Assembly (NCBI GenBank): GCA_030390025.1
Contig: JASTWF010000036.1
Location: forward strand, 2,232,001-2,296,000
DNA from: Squalus acanthias
Taxonomy: Eukaryota
Length of the DNA: 64,000 nucleotides
Reading direction: 5' to 3'
Positions 59,430 to 64,000 of this stretch are shown here, piece by piece (position 1 is the stretch's first letter; each line of letters begins with the position of its first letter). The notes beneath the pieces were generated by a model that searched no databases, had not been told where the DNA came from, and saw only the letters and a program-made list of their open reading frames with translations. A program made the position numbers and the translations under genes.

Positions 59430-60770
59430 TGCCCCAGGGAGATAGCCCGTAGATTCAGCGATCAAGCATTGGAGGCGTTGGTTTTCGCTGTGGAGAGATG
59501 GAGGGCGGTGCTCTACCTGGCAAGTGGCAGGAGACCCTCGCCGCAAATCTTCCGCACCATGTGGAGGGAGGTAGCGCAGCACGTCTCAGGCAGCACTGTG
59601 GTCCCCAGGACCCACACACTGTGCAGGAAGAAATTTAACGACCTCACTCGGGTGGTCAGGGTGAGTGAATGCTTCAACAAATGCTACATACCACCATCTG
59701 AATCACAGTCTGCACACACTGCCCAAAGCACCACACCCCCAGCACTCACACCCACATCTCTCACCTTGCACACAATGACAGCTATTCAACTATGGCAGGC
59801 ACATCACCCAAACACAATGCTCCACACTCATTCACACACTTCCCTTTCTCTTGCAGGCCAAGGTGGCTCACAACAGGAGGGAGCAGGAGCGCACAAGCCG
59901 ACACCCAACCACTGTATGCGCTGGAAAATAGAGTGCTGCAGATTATTGGGCGCCACGGCCACCAGCGACGTTGACCACCTGGGGGACAACAACGGTATGT
60001 TCATCCCTACTCCTTCTCACATCCCACTTCCCCCTCACCTGACAAGCGTTTCCTACTTTCCAGCTAATCATGCTGTATGCATGCATTTCTCCCTTCCTGC
60101 CCCCCTCCCCTCACCTTAACCCGTCTCTTGTGCCTTTATGCTTTCAGATAATGAGCAAGCACCTGAGCAGCCTGTCCCTGAGGGCACCGTTGAGAGCAAG
60201 GCGGGAGAAGAGGAGGACGAAGAACACACCGTGTCACTGCATGTCTCACCCGCAGGCACCAGCTCAGATACTGGCACTACACATTCTTTAGAGGCTAGTA
60301 TAGTAGCGGGATCTGCACAGGGTGAGGCACTGGGGATGAGTGGGTTGCAGCAAGGCCAGGGGGAAAGGGTAACTCGGGGGCCAGCTCCCCGGAGGAAGAG
60401 TTCTGCTGCACAGGACTCAGATGAGGACATCAATGGGGAGGCCTTTAGAAGAAGGGTGATGGGCATGCACACGGTGATGATAGGTGCAATGGCAAGGGTG
60501 CCAGAAAGCCTCTCGGCAATGATAAGGAGCATGGAGGACTCCGCCTCCAACATCGCACAAGGCTCTGCGCACACCATGGAGCCCATCATTTCCAGTCTGG
60601 AAAGGATGGGAGACTCCCAGAGAGACCGTGGCGACCCAGACCTGATGCCGCATGATGGGCGATCTGGCAGCTTCCATTGCACCACAGGCGGAAGCGACAC
60701 AACGTCTTGGTGCTGTAATGCAGTCTGTGGTTGGTGGCATCCAATCTCAGACTGCGTTGCACACTCACTG
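59430..60770 (+). pseudogene. Three-exon Harbinger Myb/SANT-like DNA-binding gene, disrupted
   Basis: Exon 1 to 59660 (RRFSDQALEALVFAVERWRAVLY...WREVA...RTHTLCRKKFNDLTRVVR|GTGAGT); exon 2 59857-59994 (AKVAHNRREQERT, frameshifted); exon 3 from 60148. Confidence 0.8.
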
Positions 60771-60777
60771 ATGTCAC

Positions 60778-61596
60778 GGGCTGGATTTTGCCAGCCCTGG
60801 GGAGGCGGGACTGCCGGGAAAATGGTAGAATCTGGGGGCGGGTGCCCATCCCGCCCCCAACCTGCCTCCGTGCCATCTTCCCAGGAGGCGGGTAGCCGAC
60901 CCGCGCCGGGTCCCGTCTCCTGGAGGCGGGAAAGGGATTACAGCCACTTAACTGCCTGTTAACAGGTAGTTAAGAGGATTATCCCCATTTTTCCACCAGA
61001 GGCGCGGGCTTCCCGATGTCGGAAAACCCCGCCAGGGTCACCGAGGCGAGCAGTGGGTCTACGGGGGTGAGAGGGGTGCAAAAGTGCGCTGTGAAGGTAA
61101 GTGATGGGTGCAAGTGTGGAGAGGTGAGTATGTGAGGTGAGTGAAAAGCGATAGAAAATGTTTACTTACCTCTGTTTCTTCCTACAGGCTTCAACCGTTG
61201 GGGATGCGGAGAGTCTCGCATCTCACCGGCAGAGATGACAGAATTGCTGCTGCATTCTCCGATGCAACAGCCATCTGATTTCTGCTAAAGAAAAAGGTTT
61301 GATGAGTCTTGAATACAAGAACTCATCAAACTGCAGAGAATGTGTTTGACAGCTTCACAGAGCTGTCAAACGATGACAATTCATCTGTCAAAAATTTTTG
61401 ACAGATGAAACATCATACGAGGACGTTCTCTGTAACCGGCTTCCCCTTCATTGGCCTGCTAAACCCACTGGGCGGGCTTAACAAGGTCAATCAAGGGAAA
61501 ATAGCATGGGTTGGCCACAAGTCGATGGAGGCGGGACTGAAACACGACAAGCAGCAGTCCCGCCTCCAACGCACCCCCATTGGCAAAATCACCCCC
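60778..61596 (+). mobile_element. Harbinger-type MITE, family M1, copy 3
   Basis: TIRs GGGCTGGATTTTGCCA / TGGCAAAATCACCCCC; exact TSD CAC. Confidence 0.9.
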
Positions 61597-62514
61597 CACG
61601 GTCCACCTGGTGTTGAGGCTCCCGGCGATAACCGTTAGCGGCGACGCTGCGAGGGGGGGGGGCGGGATTTGTCGTGCGGCGCTGGATTCGCCTCGCCGAT
61701 ACTGCTCTTGCGCCCCGATAGGGCCATTTGCTGGCACTAACGGGAGGTGCTAAGGTACTGAATTTTTCCCCCTATGAACTCTGATTGACCTTAGGCTGTG
61801 TGGGCCGATTTTGAGTCCTTGGGCCTCCCCCCCCGATCTCACTGGAATCCCCGATCTCCTGCAAAGCTCTCCTTCCAATGACTGCTGGGGACCGCCCCCG
61901 CGGGTCCCAGATTGCGGCCTCCTGCCGCTAAATTTCTACTCCCATCCACCGACCGGGCAGTCAATCTGGCCGGGTGTCGGGCGGGAGCCAGTGAGGATTA
62001 TTGAAATGCCTTGCCGGGTTCGGCTCCCACTACCAGGCTCACCTGACCCTCCCGTTAATATCGAAGCCATGATACCCAGTTCAGATCACAACTGTTAGCC
62101 CCTGGGCTATGCCGTCACATAGGTAGATATTGGTCAGCATGGGCACTAAACATAAAGTGCAGGGATCGTGTATGGAAGTGACCAGTATCATTGAACCGGA
62201 GGAAATATCTGAGACAGACCTGAAATTTGTAACACCAACATTGCTTGTGCACAAATAATACATGAGTACAAGAGTGAGGACACAATAAATAAATAACTAC
62301 TCATTTTAGCGAGCACTTTCCCAAGGCTGTTTATACCCAAGTACAAAATCAATGAATGAAGGGTCAGACAAGTGATAGCCATCAGTCGCAGATACTATTT
62401 GACAGCATCTAGCAGTAGAAAAAAATTCTCCCCACTCCCAGCAGGTTATTCACTGGACAGTATATGTAATGGAAATGACATTCAACTCTCTTATTTTTCT
62501 TCACTCCAGTTTTC

Positions 62515-62625
62515 TCTCCTAACCTCCTCCAGGCCTACAACCCTCCGAGATCTCTGCGCTCCTCCAATTCTGGCCTCTTGTGCATCCCTGATTTTGATCA
62601 CTCCACCCTCAGCCTTCAGCCACGT
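62515..62625 (+). mobile_element. L2 3' fragment
   Basis: AACCTCCTCCAG..CTACAACCCTCCGAGATCTCTGCGCTCCTCCAATTCTGGCCTCTTG matches L2 at 40237-40649. Confidence 0.65.
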
Positions 62626-64000
62626 CTACATTGCCACACTAATCTCAGCAGCTTAACCCATTCTTCATCGCCCCTTGTGATGGCTGATGAAACCTGTAGA
62701 TAATTAATATTCATGTCTTTCCTTTCCTCCCACCCCCCCCTTTCTTCCTCTCTTTCGAGGACACCGATTCGTGCTGGAGGACAGTTCTACCGCAGCTTCC
62801 CACCCCTTGGTATCTCACCGAACAGGCCATTCTTAATGGTGAGACTCGACACAGAGCGTTGGCAATTGTAGTGCCCAACTGCTGGTCGAACAATTGCTGA
62901 TCTTTCAGTCCTGCCTTCCCGAACACTCTCCTTAAATCATTCCGCCTCACCACTTCTCCAAAAGCCTCTGAAAATGTATCTAATCACATGGACTACATAG
63001 TTGGTCCTCTTAATTTTGCTTGTTCGCTCTCAGCGTCCTATTTCCCCTCATTACACGTCCTGTGACCTTCTCCTAGGCAAGTGGCGCTTTACAAAAATAC
63101 GGTTTAAAAAAAGAAAATACAAATAAGAAAAAAGGTTCGAAAATAGAAGGATTGTGATGTCGCACAAATGAAATCCAGCCTTTATCTGGACGTTATGCTG
63201 TTTTAATATAGTGAACATTGTGATTTTGCTGCATAAATAACCTTGTACCAGTCACGCAATGCAATATCACATTGACACCACTGCACTAAGCAGATTTACA
63301 ACAGTACGTGGCTCAGAGGCAGTTTGAATAGATTCATTTTTTCCTTCCAGTAAATAAATAGATTCAAATCCTATCCTCCAACGTATTTTTTTTTAAGGAG
63401 CTGATATTTAAAAACCTGTACCATTTCCATGGAAGGCCTTAAGAGCTCGAAAGCAAGAAACAGTCCCTGAAATTGTGCTTTTGTCATCAGAATGCGCACA
63501 ACATTATGCTCAAGGGAACGGTTAATAAATGCCAGATCCTCAAACTTTTGATTCTTTCTTACCCCAGTGCCCCTCACCGCTGAGGTCTCTGTTCTTTGGT
63601 GAGATTTAATTCCTTCCTCACCTGGGCAATCTCACAGCTCGCTTTTCCCATCTGACCATATTACTCAACTACTCTTAAGTCAGTCCCAAGGGGACCCATT
63701 AACCTTAGGCAGCCTTGCTCATGTCAGGGGTCCCAGCAACTTTGACACTTAAATATAGGATGATGCAGAGATGGGAACGTGCTACAAGGCAGCAATGCCT
63801 CAGGGGTTAGGGGGCGCAAGGGACTTCCTAACGCATGATGGCAACCAACATCTTCTGAATCCTTGCAATGTTCCATATAATACAGCCCAATAAATTAGTT
63901 TTCATTTTCTTCGAAGGGTGATTCAAAGCAGAAGGCAGACTCTAGTTACCTTGTACTATGTGATTCAACCTACAGTTTTATCTCACTATATTTTATATAT

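Larger units (their letters stand above)
59079..61771 (+). mobile_element. Defective Harbinger element carrying a Myb/SANT-like gene
   Basis: TIRs GGGGCTAGAAATTCA / TGAATTTTTCCCC; exact TSD CTA (59076-59078, 61772-61774) in a CR1 tail. Confidence 0.82.

Overview
Repeat-dense vertebrate genomic DNA, most likely from a cartilaginous fish. This is inferred from SacSINE1-like DeuSINEs, an HE1-like V-SINE and shark-type CR1 LINEs. There are no prokaryotic features and no host gene I can name; a few weak candidate exons lie on the minus strand. Most of the window is nested transposable elements: one nearly full-length CR1 (SGNH-esterase ORF1 plus APE/RT ORF2 with two small deletions), many CR1, L2 and other LINE fragments, several SINE families, a Neptune-like Penelope (RT/GIY-YIG) fragment, two solo LTRs, and Harbinger, hAT and pogo-type non-autonomous DNA transposons with readable TIRs/TSDs. 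Four signals stand out. (1) Two families of minimal type-I hammerhead ribozymes sit in very short (92-285 bp), often fold-back, Penelope-derived insertions, with compensatory changes between copies. (2) A TSD-flanked chimeric insertion fuses a CR1 3' end to a Harbinger Myb-like gene segment. (3) A three-copy Harbinger MITE carries a perfect 30-bp internal palindrome. (4) A compact DR1+DR5 nuclear-receptor element lies in unique sequence. Coordinates of degraded repeats are approximate unless TIRs/TSDs are quoted.
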